A DNA stretch of 64,000 nt. It comes from an uncultured Phycisphaerales bacterium (GTDB taxonomy: Bacteria; Planctomycetota; Phycisphaerae; Tepidisphaerales; Tepidisphaeraceae). Each line of letters opens with the position of its first letter. The first letter of the stretch is position 1. Under the pieces are notes generated by a model that was not told where the DNA came from, ran no database searches, and was given only the letters and a program-made list of their open reading frames with translations. Below, in pieces: positions 62,571 to 64,000 of the stretch. Where the stretch lies: assembly GCA_963755915.1 (NCBI GenBank), contig CAVWLP010000002.1, positions 1,600,001 to 1,664,000 on the forward strand, read 5' to 3'. The translations under genes were made by a program, and so were the position numbers.

Positions 62571-64000
62571 AGGTCTGAATCGAATCAAATCATGGAGATT
62601 CTTGGGAAGCTGACGGCGACGGGAGAAGGATCGCTGGCGGCAGGGCAGAAGACGCAGCTTTTGCTGGAGCTGCATGCGCGGTCGCCGGAGGTGGGGGTGA
62701 TGGTGATGGGGGAAGTGTTTGGGCGATTGGAGCGGATGGATGCGGGGTTGAAGGAGGCGCGGGGGGCGGTGCAGGAGATGCGGGGGAAGTTTAACGAGCT
62801 GCTGGAGAAGACTTGGTATGTGGCGACGTTCGTCGAGTTGATTGGGAAGCCGGAGGAGAGGAATGCGCTGGTTTTTCAGGGGAGCAATAGCCGGGTGGTG
62901 GGGGTGTGCGGGGAGGTGAAGGTGGAGGAGCTGAGGAAGGGGTGCGAGGTTTTGCTGAACAAGGAGATGACGGCGATCGTGAAGTGCAGCCCGCGGAGGC
63001 GGAGTACCGGGGAGATCGCGACGGTGGTGGAGAAGACTTCGCGGGGGACGGTGATTTTGAAGAGCCGTGAGGAGGATGTGGAGGCGGAGCTTTCGGAGGA
63101 GCTGCGGGAAGTGGAATTGAAGGCGGGGGAGCGGGTGAGGTGGGAGCCGGCGGCGCGGATTGCGCTGGATCGCGTGGAGGAATCGGAGGCGGGGAGATTC
63201 TTGATGGGGGAGGTTCCCAAAACTTCGCTGGCGGCGGTCGGGGGGCAGGATGAGAACGTGATGAAGCTGATGGGGATTCTGACGGCGATGCTGGTGGATG
63301 CGAAGAGAGCGAAGGAGTATGGGTTGAATGGGAGAGCGAGCATTTTGTTGGTGGGGCCGCCGGGGTGCGGGAAGACGCTGATGGTGCGGGCGGCCGCGGG
63401 GGAGATATCGCGGATGACGGGGAAGGCGGTGCGGTTTTTCATCGTGAAGCCGAGCGAGTGGGAGAGCTGCCTGGTGGGGAATACGGAGAAGAATATCCGG
63501 ACGCTGTTCGCGAATTTGCGGGAGGCGACGAAGGATGGGTCGCAGGCGGTTTTGTTTCTGGATGAGGTGGACAGCATCGGGCGGGTTCGGGGGCATACGC
63601 AGGGGTATTACTCGGACAAGGCGCTGAACGCGCTGCTGACGGAGCTGGATGGGTTTGCGGAGAGGGATGGGGTTGCGGTGGTGGCGACGACGAATCGGAA
63701 GGATTTGATCGACAGCGCAGCTGCAGCAGAGGTTGTCGGATCATGAGATTCATGTGGGGCCGCCGGACATGAAGGGGGCGAAGGAGATTTTCGGGATTCA
63801 TCTGCGGGCGACGCTGCCGTTTGACCCCAATGGGCAGATGGCGGAGGCGACGCGGCGGGAGATGATCGAGACGGCGGTATCGCGGATTTATCACCCCAAT
63901 TCGCCGGTTGCGCAGATTTGCCGGTTGAAGTTCAATGACGGGAAGACGCGGATGGTGATGGCGAAAGACCTGGCGTGCGGGAGGTTGATTCAGCAGATCT
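62565..64000 (+). CDS. ARC/Mpa-like proteasome AAA+ ATPase (frameshift ~63718; truncated by window end)
   Basis: Coiled coil, tandem OB-like segments, EVP....VGG, GPPGCGKTL, VGNTEKNIR.LF, LFLDEVDS, LLTELDG, TTNRKDLID; C-terminal MIETAVSRIY...LKFNDGKTRMVMAKDL.CG.LIQQI. Confidence 0.8.

Noticed and set aside
57966-63894. Long Pro/His-rich minus-strand ORFs (58517-59746, 61770-63596, etc.)
   Set aside because: Shadows of G-rich plus-strand genes with no domain motifs

Overview
GC-rich bacterial DNA, most likely Planctomycetota (Phycisphaerae/Tepidisphaeraceae-like). This is inferred from a prepilin-N/H-X9-DG (DUF1559-type) protein and two membrane proteins ending in CGYDLRxTPDRCxECG. There are four zones. 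(1) 1-24.4 kb: a carbohydrate/amino-sugar catabolic cluster with GntR/LacI and IclR regulators, two BNR sialidase-like proteins, an SGNH esterase, an FG-GAP protein, an SSS transporter, SDRs, a class-III aminotransferase, M81/M24/M14 hydrolases and an RraA aldolase. (2) 24.4-46.5 kb: an IS-rich accessory island with an intact IS3, two inverted IS21 copies (each with its own 6-bp TSD and a variable 24-bp VNTR), IS1/IS3/IS66 remnants, BlaI/BlaR1 and a Ubl-E2(Cys-rich)-JAB-E1 operon. It ends at a probable tRNA-Ser 3' att site at 46521-46537. (3) 46.6-57.3 kb: a two-component system plus Amt, an SLC13-type transporter, P-II and an APC-USP permease. (4) 58-64 kb, the top finding: an operon encoding an FHA-RING (E3-like) protein, E1, E2, an unknown protein, a Ubl ending in -AG, a JAB peptidase and an ARC/Mpa-type proteasomal AAA ATPase, running off the window end. 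Many genes are split by small indels that cluster at GCGC, probably a systematic sequencing artefact. All family calls come from motifs read by eye; no database searches were run.
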